Shown here: positions 29,644 to 38,373 of the stretch, piece by piece | Layout of the letters: each line of letters begins with the position of its first letter | Position numbering within the stretch: position 1 is the first letter of the stretch | Source of the DNA: Gemmatimonadales bacterium | GTDB taxonomy: Bacteria > Gemmatimonadota > Gemmatimonadetes > Gemmatimonadales > GWC2-71-9 | DNA: 64,000 nt | Direction of reading: 5' to 3' | NCBI GenBank assembly: GCA_019637315.1 | Contig: JAHBVU010000019.1 | Location: 1,371 to 65,370 of the forward strand | Notes under the pieces: model-generated | Databases searched by the model: none | The model's input: only the letters and a program-made list of their open reading frames with translations | What the model was told of the DNA's origin: nothing | Translations under genes and position numbers: made by a program

Positions 29644-29690
29644 GTCGCCCGTCGAACCTGGATCCGGTTCGGCGGGCGACATTTTTTGGG
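29644..29690 (+). terminator. Rho-independent terminator after the LVIVD gene
   Basis: About 15-bp stem GTCGCCCGTCGAACC/GGTTCGGCGGGCGAC followed by ATTTTTTGG. Confidence 0.85.
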
Positions 29691-29756
29691 GCGGTGATCC
29701 GGCGCTTCGAGTGGCAGGCGGATCTGCCGCCTGCCGACCGGATGCCGGATCAATCG

Positions 29757-31274
29757 CTATCGTTTGCGGAGCTCCAGATACGAAGCAACCGAGAAGAAGA
29801 GCGGATCGATGCCGGTCTGGGCGCTGGCCTGACCGCGTAGAACGCCATTGACGAGACGCAGGTCGAAGGCGACGGTATGGGACACCCAATCGACGTCGGG
29901 TGTCGGAATGGTGCCGGCAAAACGGCCGCTCAGGACGCCGTCACGGTAGCTTGGCATGTTGACCAGGGCGCGGAGCTGTTTGCGAAGCAAAGGGTCATCG
30001 CCTGGACGCATCGCCTCGCCGATCTGGGTCTGCATTTCGCCTGATGACCGGACTTCCAGCTCGAAGGGAAGGGTTCTGGTCCAGGTACGCAGCGTGCCGG
30101 TCCAGGTGCCGACCAGCTCGGCCGGTGGCGCGAATGCGGCTGGCGCGGGCGTCGGTCGGGGCCGGGCGCGCTCCGCTTTGAGCGAATCGGCGTAGCCGGG
30201 CAGGATGACGGCAGCCGCCTCGCTCAGGACGTCGCCGAACGGTGCGGCCGACGCGTTGGTCAGCACCACGATGACGGCGTTGGCTTCCGGATAGAGGTGG
30301 AGGATGGTGCTGACTCCAGGCATCCCGCCGCTGTGCTGAACCAGCCGGTGTCCGCGATCCTGACCGACGACCCATCCCAGGCTGTAGTGCGAACCAAAGG
30401 CCGGTGTCTCCGGGCGCTGCATCTCGTCGATTCGCGATGCAGGCAGAATGGCCCGCTGCTCGGCTAGCTTGTTCTTGAGGTGGAACATGCCGAAGCGCAC
30501 CAGGTCGTGCGCGCTGGAGTAGACGGCCGACCCGCCCGGATGATCGAAGGTGTAGAACGGCACCGGTTTGCCTCTCCAGTACCGCTCGGCGACATAGGGC
30601 TCGAGTCCGGGGGCGATATCGATCGAAGTCCGGGTCAGTCCCAACGGCAGGAAGACTTCGTTCCGCATGAAATCGGCGTAGGTGCGGCCGGACACCCGGC
30701 TGATGATATCGTCCAGAATCCCGTAGCCAAGGTTCGAGTACTGGAAGGTCTCGCCAGGTGCGGAGACCAGGATGCCGTAGCGACCGACGGTTTCATCCAT
30801 CGAAGGGCGGCGGCGGGTTGCCTCGTTGTCGTAAAAGAACTGGTAGTGAAGAGGCAGGCCCGAGGTGTGCGCCAGGATTCGTCGGACCGTGGCACCCGAG
30901 GCATCGCCGGCCAGACCGGTAATCTTACCGAAGCCGAGGTAGTCGTTGGCGGGCCGATCGAGATCCACCTGACCGCGGTCGACGAGAAGCATCAGGCCGG
31001 TGGCCGTGATCGGCTTGGAGATCGAGGCCAGCGAGAACATGGTGTGCTCGGTGGCCGGGATGAGTTTTTCTCGGTTGGCCCAACCGAAACCCTCCTCCCA
31101 GACGATCTTGCCGTCTTTGGCAACGGCAACCGCAACGGCGGCGACACCGCGCTCGACGACCAGGCGGTTGGCGGCTTCGCGCACGGGTTGCCAGCGATCG
31201 GGGCGCGGTGAACTTTGGGCGCCGATCAGGGTCGGCGTCAGGGCAAGGAGGATCAGGCCAAACGATCGTCGCAT
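29757..31274 (-). CDS. Serine hydrolase, beta-lactamase/PBP-like
   Basis: Signal peptide and SxxK motif (ASISKPIT). 505 aa. Confidence 0.85.
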   Translation of the reverse strand: MRRSFGLILLALTPTLIGAQSSPRPDRWQPVREAANRLVVERGVAAVAVAVAKDGKIVWEEGFGWANREKLIPATEHTMFSLASISKPITATGLMLLVDRGQVDLDRPANDYLGFGKITGLAGDASGATVRRILAHTSGLPLHYQFFYDNEATRRRPSMDETVGRYGILVSAPGETFQYSNLGYGILDDIISRVSGRTYADFMRNEVFLPLGLTRTSIDIAPGLEPYVAERYWRGKPVPFYTFDHPGGSAVYSSAHDLVRFGMFHLKNKLAEQRAILPASRIDEMQRPETPAFGSHYSLGWVVGQDRGHRLVQHSGGMPGVSTILHLYPEANAVIVVLTNASAAPFGDVLSEAAAVILPGYADSLKAERARPRPTPAPAAFAPPAELVGTWTGTLRTWTRTLPFELEVRSSGEMQTQIGEAMRPGDDPLLRKQLRALVNMPSYRDGVLSGRFAGTIPTPDVDWVSHTVAFDLRLVNGVLRGQASAQTGIDPLFFSVASYLELRKR

Positions 31275-31378
31275 CGTCGCGGCTCACGGTGGAGATGTGG
31301 ACTGGTGTTGCGGTTGGGATCCTGCAAGTTATCGTCATGCCCCGATCCGGCGCGAGGTGTGGGGACCCTCGAGCCACT

Positions 31379-31407
31379 TTACAATCTCGAGGTCTCCAGA
31401 TTATCGT
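31379..31407 (+). promoter_or_regulatory. Candidate sigma70-like promoter TTACAA-17-TATCGT for the Cys-leader / dsbD-N / tlpA unit
   Basis: Hexamers read directly in a locally AT-richer stretch. The predicted TSS is near 31414. Confidence 0.35.
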
Positions 31408-31442
31408 CCTCCCTCGACACTACTGATGTTCGGAGTTTGCTG

Positions 31443-31514
31443 ATGCCGCTGGTCCGCGCCACTGTCGCCTGTTGTTGTCCCCTCGAATCCGGGTGGGGCG
31501 GCGCGCGGCTATAG
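31443..31514 (+). CDS. Candidate leader peptide MPLVRATVACCCPLESGWGGARL (23 codons, three consecutive TGT Cys codons)
   Basis: ATG with GGAG 7 nt upstream. TGT TGT TGT lies at 31470-31478. The sequence was confirmed from ORF-track frame 31215..31514. A terminator lies downstream. Confidence 0.45.
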   Translation: MPLVRATVACCCPLESGWGGARL

Positions 31515-31559
31515 CAGCATAGTCTATCGCGCCACGGCGGCGCGCAGTCAGATCGCTTC

Positions 31560-31595
31560 CGGCCCACCCTGTTCACGGGTGGGCCGTTTTCGTTG
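31560..31595 (+). terminator. Intrinsic terminator inside a 5' leader (attenuator candidate)
   Basis: CGGCCCACCC-tgttcac-GGGTGGGCCG followed by TTTTCGTTG. It sits 60 nt upstream of the dsbD-N-like start codon, with no gene ending before it on this strand apart from the mini-ORF. Confidence 0.75.
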
Positions 31596-31656
31596 TGGCC
31601 TGCCCGAGACCTGACTTGTCAGTGGACGGTCGTACCTCGGCGTAAGGAAGGAACCA

Positions 31657-32130
31657 ATGCAGGTCTCATTGAAGCTGGTTATCTGGTTGTCCGTGCTCGC
31701 GGTGTCGAGCGCTCAGGCGCAGGGCCCTGATCCGGTTCGCTGGTCGGTGGCAATCGTGCCGACGCGTGGGGGCACCCCGGACGTGGTCACCCTTGCGGTG
31801 ACGGCGTCGATCGAACCTGGCTGGAAGGTGTATTCGCTGACCCAGACATCGGGCGGGCCCTATCCCCTGCGGATCGCGCCGGGCGGCGAGTCGGTCGTGC
31901 TGGCGGGCGCCGTCACGGGTCCGACGCCGATCGTTCAGGAAACATCGGCATTCGGTATTCCGGTCGAGGTCTATGGCGGCGAGCCCCGATTCGTGGTGCC
32001 AGTTCGGGTTGGCTCAGGAGGATCGAAGGCCGGGGCCGAACTGCGCGTCCGCTACCAGGCCTGCACCGAGACCACCTGCCTGCCGCCCCGGACCGCCACC
32101 CTCGTTGCGCAGCTGCCAGGAGCCCGGTGA
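31657..32130 (+). CDS. DsbD N-terminal (alpha) domain-like thiol-disulfide protein, secreted
   Basis: Signal peptide and the C-terminal motif RVRYQACTETTCLPP (YQxC...C.PP typical of DsbD_N-like domains). AAGGAAGGA SD. Confidence 0.7.
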   Translation: MQVSLKLVIWLSVLAVSSAQAQGPDPVRWSVAIVPTRGGTPDVVTLAVTASIEPGWKVYSLTQTSGGPYPLRIAPGGESVVLAGAVTGPTPIVQETSAFGIPVEVYGGEPRFVVPVRVGSGGSKAGAELRVRYQACTETTCLPPRTATLVAQLPGAR

Positions 32131-33350
32131 TGCTGGAACTGAGCAGTCTCGCGCGTGGGTGGGTTGCCATCGGGCTGCTGACTCTTGGCTCGGCAGGTCT
32201 CGCGGCGCAGGAGCCCAGCGGCCGCTGGACCGGCACGATCAGCTATGACTCGTTGCGCATCGACTTTCCGCTCGAATGGGCCGTCGAGTCGGGGCGCCAG
32301 CTGGTTCGGCTCTACAACGGCGACCTGCCGGTGACCTCGACGGCAGTGCATCGGCAGGGCGACTCCGTCGTGGTCGAGTTTGCCCACCTGGCCACGAGGT
32401 TCGAAGGCGTGCTCGAGGGCGGCGCCTTCCGGGGTCGCTATGGCAACGAGCGGCGCGGTTACCATCCGGTCGAGGCGGCGCCGACCCTCGAGGCGGCACG
32501 ATTCGCAGCCGGGGCCCCTCGGATCGACGGAGAGTGGTACCTGCCGGTCGAAACCGCCAAGGGCGAGCGCGCCTGGCGTTTCGTGGTACGGCAGGACGGA
32601 TCGCAGCTGTCCGCGACGATCCTCCGGGTGGACGGCGATGCCGGAGCTCTCACGGGCGGCTGGACGGGGTCCAGGTTCGTGCTCAGCCATTTCGCCGGAA
32701 CCCGTCCGGCGCGGCTCGAGATCGATCCGCAGTCGGATGGCACGCTCCGGCTGACGCTTCATGCGCCGCGGGGAGCGCCCCGAAGCTTCGAGGCGATCCG
32801 ACCCGAGCTGGCCCGTGCCCGGGGGCTCCCCGAGCCCGCCGACGTCGCGACGCACACCAGGGTTCGCGATCCGAAAGAGCCGTTCACCTTTGCGTTTCCC
32901 GATCTCGACGGTCGGCTGGTCACGGAGCGGGACGCCCGCTTTGTCGGCAAGGTCATCGTGGTGAATGTCACCGGCAGCTGGTGCCCCAACTGCCACGACG
33001 AGGCGCCCTTCCTGGCCGATCTCTACCGGCGCTATCGGGACCGGGGGCTCGAGGTCGTCGCCCTGGACTTCGAAGAAGCGGAGGAACTGGAGGATCTCAG
33101 CCGGCTGCGCGCGTTCGTCGCCAGGTATGGCATCGAGTACCCGTACCTCGTGGCGGGCGAGCCCGGCGAGGTCGCTGCCAAGCTGCCGCAGGCCGTCAAC
33201 CTGAACACCTGGCCCGCCACCTTCTTCATCAACCGGGAAGGCCGGGTTCACGCGGTGCGAAGCGGCTTTGCCGCCAAAGCCAGCGGGTCGTATCACGACG
33301 CGCTGGTGCGGGAGTACATCGCCATCGTGGAGGGTCTGCTCGACCAGTAA
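32127..33350 (+). CDS. TlpA/ResA-family thioredoxin-fold thiol-disulfide oxidoreductase with a long N-terminal domain
   Basis: ATGA overlap with the upstream gene. CxxC motif VNVTGSWCPNCHDEAPFL in the C-terminal ~140 aa. Confidence 0.8.
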   Translation: MMLELSSLARGWVAIGLLTLGSAGLAAQEPSGRWTGTISYDSLRIDFPLEWAVESGRQLVRLYNGDLPVTSTAVHRQGDSVVVEFAHLATRFEGVLEGGAFRGRYGNERRGYHPVEAAPTLEAARFAAGAPRIDGEWYLPVETAKGERAWRFVVRQDGSQLSATILRVDGDAGALTGGWTGSRFVLSHFAGTRPARLEIDPQSDGTLRLTLHAPRGAPRSFEAIRPELARARGLPEPADVATHTRVRDPKEPFTFAFPDLDGRLVTERDARFVGKVIVVNVTGSWCPNCHDEAPFLADLYRRYRDRGLEVVALDFEEAEELEDLSRLRAFVARYGIEYPYLVAGEPGEVAAKLPQAVNLNTWPATFFINREGRVHAVRSGFAAKASGSYHDALVREYIAIVEGLLDQ

Positions 33351-33355
33351 GACTG

Positions 33356-33426
33356 GGCGCCGTGGCCAAGTGGTAAGGCAAGGGTCTGCAAAACCCTGAT
33401 CACCGGTTCGATTCCGGTCGGCGCCT
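33356..33426 (+). tRNA. tRNA-Cys: tRNA-Cys (anticodon GCA)
   Basis: Cloverleaf folded by hand. Acceptor GGCGCCG/CGGCGCC, anticodon stem AGGGT/ACCCT with loop CTGCAAA, T arm ACCGG-TTCGATT-CCGGT, discriminator U. CCA is not encoded. It starts 6 nt after the tlpA-like stop codon. Confidence 0.9.
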
Positions 33427-33448
33427 CTGGACTCCTCGAATGCAGGAC

Positions 33449-33480
33449 GGCCCGAGCAACCATGGCTGGTTGCCCGGGCC
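33449..33480. terminator. GC-rich hairpin between tRNA-Cys and the convergent glutamate dehydrogenase gene (bidirectional terminator candidate)
   Basis: GGCCCGAGCAACCA-tggc-TGGTTGCCCGGGCC, 13 bp with one mismatch. No strong T tract. Confidence 0.5.
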
Positions 33481-33503
33481 GCGGCCGGCGATCCTCGTGC
33501 GGC

Positions 33504-34916
33504 TTAGGGGAAGAGGCCCAGTTCCTCGTAGCTGACGGCAATCTTGTCGATGGCGGACACGAACGCTGCGGTGCGGAGGTCCGTCGGGCCCTTGGGCCGG
33601 AGCAGGATGTCGCGAATCTGGTGGTAGGCTACGGCCATGGAGTCTTCCAGGCCCGAGTTGACCAGATCCTCTTCGCTTGCTCCGTGGGCAATCCGATCGA
33701 GCTCGGCCTGATCGATGGCACGTCCGGTCGACTGCTGGACCAGATTCAGGATGCCCAGGTTCGATTGCTCTTCGAAGCGCCGCTGCATGCGTCCGAAACG
33801 GACGTGCGAGAGGTTCTTGAGCCATTCGAAGTACGAGACGGTGACACCACCGGCATTGAGATAGAAGTCGGGAATGATGTAGACGCCCCGCGCTTTGAGG
33901 ATGCCGTCTGCCTCCGCCGTGGTTGGTCCGTTGGCCGCCTCGCCGATGATCTTGGCTTTGATGCGCGGAGCGTTGTCCGCGGTAATCACATTCTCGAGAG
34001 CGGCAGGGATCAGGATATCGCAGTCGAGTTCGAGCGCAGCGATCGACTGTGGGATATCCTGAGCCCCCGGATAACCCAGGATCGACTTGTTGGTTTTCCG
34101 GTGCTGCATCACCCGGTCGAGGTCGAGACCCTTCGGGTTGCTGATTGCGCCTTCATACTCGGCCAGCCCAACCAGCACGGCGCCCTGCTCCTGGAGAAAC
34201 TTGGCGGCGTAGTAGCCCACATTGCCGAGACCCTGGATCACGACCCGCTTCCCGGCCAGCCCGGGAGTCAAACCGAGCTTCTTCATGTCGTCGGCGACGT
34301 TGCAGGCTTCGCGCAGGCCGAACATCACCCCTCGACCGGTGGCTTCGGTGCGGCCCCGGATTCCACCCTGCGAAGCAGGCTTGGCGGTCACGCAGGCCAT
34401 CGCATTCAAGTCATTGCTCAGGCTGCGGTAGGTGTCGGCAATCCAGGCCATTTCGCGCGAGCTGGTGCCGTAGTCGGGCGCCGGAACGTCCACGCCAGGT
34501 CCGATGAAGTTCTTGCGCCAGAGCTCGAAGGTGTAGCGCCGGGTTATCCGCTCGAGCTCCGCAGCCGAGTACTTGTGGCGAGCAATCCGGATGCCGCCCT
34601 TGGCGCCACCGAAGGGCACATCCAGCAGGGCGCACTTGAACGTCATCAGCGACGCGAGACCCATCACCTCGTCGGCCGTGACGGCCATCGAGTAGCGGAT
34701 CCCGCCCTTGGTCGGCATCCGATGGTGGCTGTGTTCCGCGCGCCAGGCGTGAATCACCTCGATCGTGCCGTCGTCGCGACGAAGCGGGAAGGTCATCTGA
34801 TAGACGGCATTGCATGCCTTGATGTGCGCCAGCAGGGTCGGGTCGTGCGGGGTCAGGGCCGCGGCCTGGTCGAACATGGCTTCGACCTGCGCGAGGAGAC
34901 TGACTTCGGTCGTCAT
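33504..34916 (-). CDS. Glu/Leu/Phe/Val dehydrogenase family (glutamate dehydrogenase)
   Basis: Motifs TKGGIRY and VPFGGAKGGI. Rossmann GLGNVG. Start at MTTEVSLLAQ with GGGAG SD. Confidence 0.9.
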   Translation of the reverse strand: MTTEVSLLAQVEAMFDQAAALTPHDPTLLAHIKACNAVYQMTFPLRRDDGTIEVIHAWRAEHSHHRMPTKGGIRYSMAVTADEVMGLASLMTFKCALLDVPFGGAKGGIRIARHKYSAAELERITRRYTFELWRKNFIGPGVDVPAPDYGTSSREMAWIADTYRSLSNDLNAMACVTAKPASQGGIRGRTEATGRGVMFGLREACNVADDMKKLGLTPGLAGKRVVIQGLGNVGYYAAKFLQEQGAVLVGLAEYEGAISNPKGLDLDRVMQHRKTNKSILGYPGAQDIPQSIAALELDCDILIPAALENVITADNAPRIKAKIIGEAANGPTTAEADGILKARGVYIIPDFYLNAGGVTVSYFEWLKNLSHVRFGRMQRRFEEQSNLGILNLVQQSTGRAIDQAELDRIAHGASEEDLVNSGLEDSMAVAYHQIRDILLRPKGPTDLRTAAFVSAIDKIAVSYEELGLFP

Positions 34917-34947
34917 GACGGCTCCCGGATGTGAAGGTGTCGCGTGA

Positions 34948-36135
34948 TCAGTGCGGATGCGTGTGCCGGCGATGGTGTTCTCGGAGCAGGTCCTTGCCGT
35001 AGTCGTTGCCATTCGGGGTTCGGACCACGGCATGAATGTGGTGGCGGGTTGGCCCGGTTCCGTGCTCTCGCAGCGCAATCGGGCGCTGATGGTCGAACTC
35101 GATCAGAATGACGGGGCTGTGGATTCGGTAGTAGAAGACGGCGTCGGGCTCGGTCGGCCCGATCCAGGCGAAATGGGTCCGGTCGAGGTGCGCCTCGACC
35201 TCGGCCATGCGCACCCGGGCGTGACCTTCCCGCATGTTGCCGACGTAGAGGCCGATCAGGTCCAGCAGCTGACGCCGCTGGCTGGGCGAAAACGAACGAG
35301 CCGACACACCGGCGTAGTCGAGCACGACGTTGTCACGAAAAGCCTCGGTCAGCGTGTTGACGCCTGCCTTGGCGCTGTCGATGATCGCCGCCTTGCGTTG
35401 ACCGGGCATCAGGGCATTGACCAGGGCCAGGCCGGCGTCCTGCTCCTGCTGCAGGATCGAGACGCCCTGGTACTTGCCTGACGTCGCCGTGACAGGCTCG
35501 GAGCCGACGAACATCGGGGTCATCACCACCTGGTCGCCCAGGACGAAGTAGTTGATGATCAGGTGATGCCCGTCGAGCTGCCAGCCCCAGGGTTCGGTTT
35601 CCGAGGGCTCGCCCATGATGGTGATCCAGTAGAGCCACTCGCCGTACTCCTCGAAGTTGCCCGTCAGCTCCGCCAGCGTGTGATTGAGTCGCATGATGTC
35701 GCGGCTCAATCGCAGGCCCTTGGCGCTCAGCGAGGCGCCCAGCATGGCAAAGGCCGCCTCACGCTGGGCCTCGCTCATCTCCCTGAAGCCAACGCCCTGG
35801 CGAACGTAGAAATGCTGGTTCATCCATTTACGCCACTCGGGGTCGTCGTCGGCAAAGAGCGTCTTGGCTTGCTGAATCGGGGTCAGAGACTTGATGAAGG
35901 TGCGTGCGGCCTCCACGGCAGGAGCTGTGGAGACACCGGTCGATCGAATTGGAAAGAGGCCAGTGAGCGGGGTGCCGTCGGTAGTGATGCCCTTGAACGG
36001 CTCGGCGAGGCCGCGGGCTTCCGCCTCGCGGGACAGCCGCGCTGCGCGGGCCGCGGTACTCTCCTGCTGCGCTCCGAGCTCTGGTACTCCGACTGTTACG
36101 AGCAGACTCACAACGGTGACGGCCAGCAAGCGCAT
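34948..36135 (-). CDS. DUF3500 domain-containing secreted protein
   Basis: Signal peptide. The [14 protein letters not shown] motif matches my memory of the DUF3500 'W.w..GHHl..n' core. Confidence 0.6.
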   Translation of the reverse strand: MRLLAVTVVSLLVTVGVPELGAQQESTAARAARLSREAEARGLAEPFKGITTDGTPLTGLFPIRSTGVSTAPAVEAARTFIKSLTPIQQAKTLFADDDPEWRKWMNQHFYVRQGVGFREMSEAQREAAFAMLGASLSAKGLRLSRDIMRLNHTLAELTGNFEEYGEWLYWITIMGEPSETEPWGWQLDGHHLIINYFVLGDQVVMTPMFVGSEPVTATSGKYQGVSILQQEQDAGLALVNALMPGQRKAAIIDSAKAGVNTLTEAFRDNVVLDYAGVSARSFSPSQRRQLLDLIGLYVGNMREGHARVRMAEVEAHLDRTHFAWIGPTEPDAVFYYRIHSPVILIEFDHQRPIALREHGTGPTRHHIHAVVRTPNGNDYGKDLLREHHRRHTHPH

Positions 36136-36311
36136 GGATCCGTGCTCCGAGGCAGGTGCCTGAATCTAGCCGGTCCGAAGGCCAAGGCCAGCGGCTGGCC
36201 CTGGCCAGGGCCGAGGGCACCTGCCGCCTCAACGTTTCGTGGGGGCAGGACGTAGTGCTTTTATGTGTCCAACTTCGCGTCGCCACCCCACGCTCGAGAG
36301 GTAGCCGGTCT

Positions 36312-37286
36312 ATGTCGTTCCAATCAAATCCCTCCCGTCGAGACGTCGTCAAGTTCGGGCTGCTCACAGGTGTCGGCCTGGTGGCCGGGACCAGCAGGGG
36401 CCTCTGGGCCGAAGAGCTGGCGCGTCTGGAGCAGCTCCCGCTCATCACCAAGGCGATCCCGTCCTCGGGCGTCAAGATCCCGGTCGTGGGTATCGGCACC
36501 AACCAGTACAACTTGGCCGCCGATCAGCGCGACTCGCTGCGTGATACCATGAAGCGGTTCGTCGAGTTGGGCGGGTCGGTCTACGACACGGCAACCGGCT
36601 ATGCGAGGGGCGAGTCCGAGGCGGTTCTGGGCGAGCTGTCGAGCGAGCTCAAGCTGCGTGACAAGCTCTTCTTCGTCACCAAGGTGGTGGCTCCGGAAAA
36701 CAATATCGAAACCGGGCGGGCGGGTTTTGCCACCTCGCTCGAGCGCCTCAAGACCAACGTGCTCGATGGCCTGCTGGTCCACAACCTGGCCGGCACCGAC
36801 GTGCTCATGCCGGCCTTCCAGGAGTGGAAACAGCAGGGTAAGATCCGTCACCTGGGCATCTCGACCTCCAGCGAACGGCAGTATGACGCGCTGGCTGCGG
36901 AGCTGACCAGGCACAAGCTCGACATCGTCCAGATCGATTACTCGCTCGGCAACCGGGGCGCCGCCGACCGCCTGCTGCCCCTGGCCATGGACCGCGGGGC
37001 GGCGGTGATGATCAACCTTCCGTTCGGCGGCCGGCGGGGCGCCAGCGTCAACTTCCCGAAGCTGGCCAGCGTGCCGTTGCCGGGGTATGCCGCCGATTTC
37101 GACATCAAGACCTGGCCGCAGTTCTTTCTCAAGTACGTGGTGTCGCACCCGGCTGTGACGATTGCGATTCCGGGCACCCGTCGGGTCTCGTACGTCGAGG
37201 ACAACATGGGGGCGGCACGCGGCAGGCTGCCCGATGCGGCGGCGCGGAAAAAGATGGAAGAGACGTTCGACGCGCTTCCGGCCTGA
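36312..37286 (+). CDS. Aldo/keto reductase with twin-arginine (Tat) signal
   Basis: N-terminal SRRDVVKFGLLTGVGLVAG. AKR motifs GTNQY..., YDTATGYARGESE, KIRHLGISTS. Confidence 0.8.
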   Translation: MSFQSNPSRRDVVKFGLLTGVGLVAGTSRGLWAEELARLEQLPLITKAIPSSGVKIPVVGIGTNQYNLAADQRDSLRDTMKRFVELGGSVYDTATGYARGESEAVLGELSSELKLRDKLFFVTKVVAPENNIETGRAGFATSLERLKTNVLDGLLVHNLAGTDVLMPAFQEWKQQGKIRHLGISTSSERQYDALAAELTRHKLDIVQIDYSLGNRGAADRLLPLAMDRGAAVMINLPFGGRRGASVNFPKLASVPLPGYAADFDIKTWPQFFLKYVVSHPAVTIAIPGTRRVSYVEDNMGAARGRLPDAAARKKMEETFDALPA

Positions 37287-37306
37287 TTCGACTGCAGTAA
37301 CTTTGA

Positions 37307-37344
37307 ACGGTCCCGCGCCGGCTGGTGCGGGACCGTCTCTTTTG
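37307..37344 (+). terminator. Rho-independent terminator after the aldo/keto reductase gene
   Basis: ACGGTCCCGC-gccggctggt-GCGGGACCGT followed by CTCTTTTGG. Confidence 0.85.
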
Positions 37345-37381
37345 GGTTGCACTCCATCACCCATGCCATTCCGGGGTCATC

Positions 37382-38290
37382 GTGACAGGTATCGCGCGCA
37401 TTTTCCGATCGGGGCTGCTCCTGGCCGGCCTCCAACTCGCTGCGTCCACGTCGGCGGCGGCGCAGGCCAAACCCGATGTACTCTGGAAGAATCTGGAGGC
37501 AACCGTTCAGCGCGCTGCCGCCGGCTTCGATGGGGTGCTCGCGGTGACGATTCAGGACCTGACGGATGGCCGCACCGTGCGGATCCGCGGCGATGAGGTG
37601 ATGCCGACCGCCAGTATGATCAAGATTGCGGTGCTGGTCGAGCTCTACCGGCAGCGACGCATGGCGGAGCTCTACACCCTCGACACCACCGACCTGGTGT
37701 CGGGCAGCGCCATCATGAGTCGCTACACTCATGGCGTGACACGACTGACGCTTCGGGATGTGGCAACCGCGATGATCGGGGAGAGTGACAACGGCGCCAC
37801 CAATATCCTGATCGACAAGCTGGGCATGGATCGGATCAACGCCATGCTGGCCGGCCTGGGGTACAGCAAGACCCGGCTCGAGCGGAAGATGATCGATCTG
37901 GAGGCCGCGCTGGCAGGGAAGGAGAACATCGCATCGACGGACGAAACCGTTGCGATGCTGGCCGCGGCGCATCAGGGCAAGCTCTTCTCGGCTGATCTCA
38001 CCGCTGATTTCTTCCGCGTGCTTGCGACGCCCAAACGCAGTCGGCTCATGTCCCGTCTGCCCGCGGGCGCCCGCGGCGCGACGAAGACAGGCACTCTCGA
38101 TGCCGTCGTCACCGAGGCTGGCGTGCTCTACCCGCCCGGGCGCCCCTTCGCGATTGCCGTGATGACGACGTACGTGCACGATGTCCCTGGGGCCGAGCAG
38201 TTGATCGGCGAGATCTCGCTCGCAGCCTGGAACCACTTTGCCCGACTGGGCAAGGGCTCGGCGTACGGTCGGGGTCTGCCGGTTCGCTGA
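37382..38290 (+). CDS. Class A beta-lactamase-like serine hydrolase, secreted
   Basis: GTG start chosen downstream of the terminator. Motifs SxxK (ASMIK), SDN (ESDNGATN) and KTG (ATKTGTL). Confidence 0.75.
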   Translation: MTGIARIFRSGLLLAGLQLAASTSAAAQAKPDVLWKNLEATVQRAAAGFDGVLAVTIQDLTDGRTVRIRGDEVMPTASMIKIAVLVELYRQRRMAELYTLDTTDLVSGSAIMSRYTHGVTRLTLRDVATAMIGESDNGATNILIDKLGMDRINAMLAGLGYSKTRLERKMIDLEAALAGKENIASTDETVAMLAAAHQGKLFSADLTADFFRVLATPKRSRLMSRLPAGARGATKTGTLDAVVTEAGVLYPPGRPFAIAVMTTYVHDVPGAEQLIGEISLAAWNHFARLGKGSAYGRGLPVR

Positions 38291-38312
38291 ACGGTTCCTC
38301 AGGTATGTACCG

Positions 38313-38349
38313 GACGCCGCCTGGTCGACGCTGTCGGCCGGGCGGCGTC
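38313..38349. terminator. Long hairpin between convergent genes (17-bp stem including 2 G-U pairs, 3-nt loop)
   Basis: GACGCCGCCTGGTCGAC-gct-GTCGGCCGGGCGGCGTC, read directly. Confidence 0.55.
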
Positions 38350-38373
38350 GTCGTTACGGCCTGGCCACGGGGG

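Noticed and set aside
31426-31443. Five-codon ORF MFGVC whose stop overlaps the ATG of the Cys-leader ORF (TGATG)
   Set aside because: It is too short to evaluate, it has no SD of its own, and the GGAG inside it serves the downstream ATG. It is noted only as a possible re-initiation quirk.
33356-33503. tRNA-Cys as an integration hotspot flanking a genomic island
   Set aside because: No integrase, no direct repeat of the tRNA 3' end and no compositional break were seen on either side. The next gene is a convergent housekeeping glutamate dehydrogenase.
37382-38290. Class A beta-lactamase-like gene as an acquired antibiotic-resistance determinant
   Set aside because: There is no mobile-element context, and its GC content and codon usage match those of its neighbours. 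It is flanked by ordinary terminators and is one of several serine-hydrolase paralogs. It is more likely a native periplasmic hydrolase.
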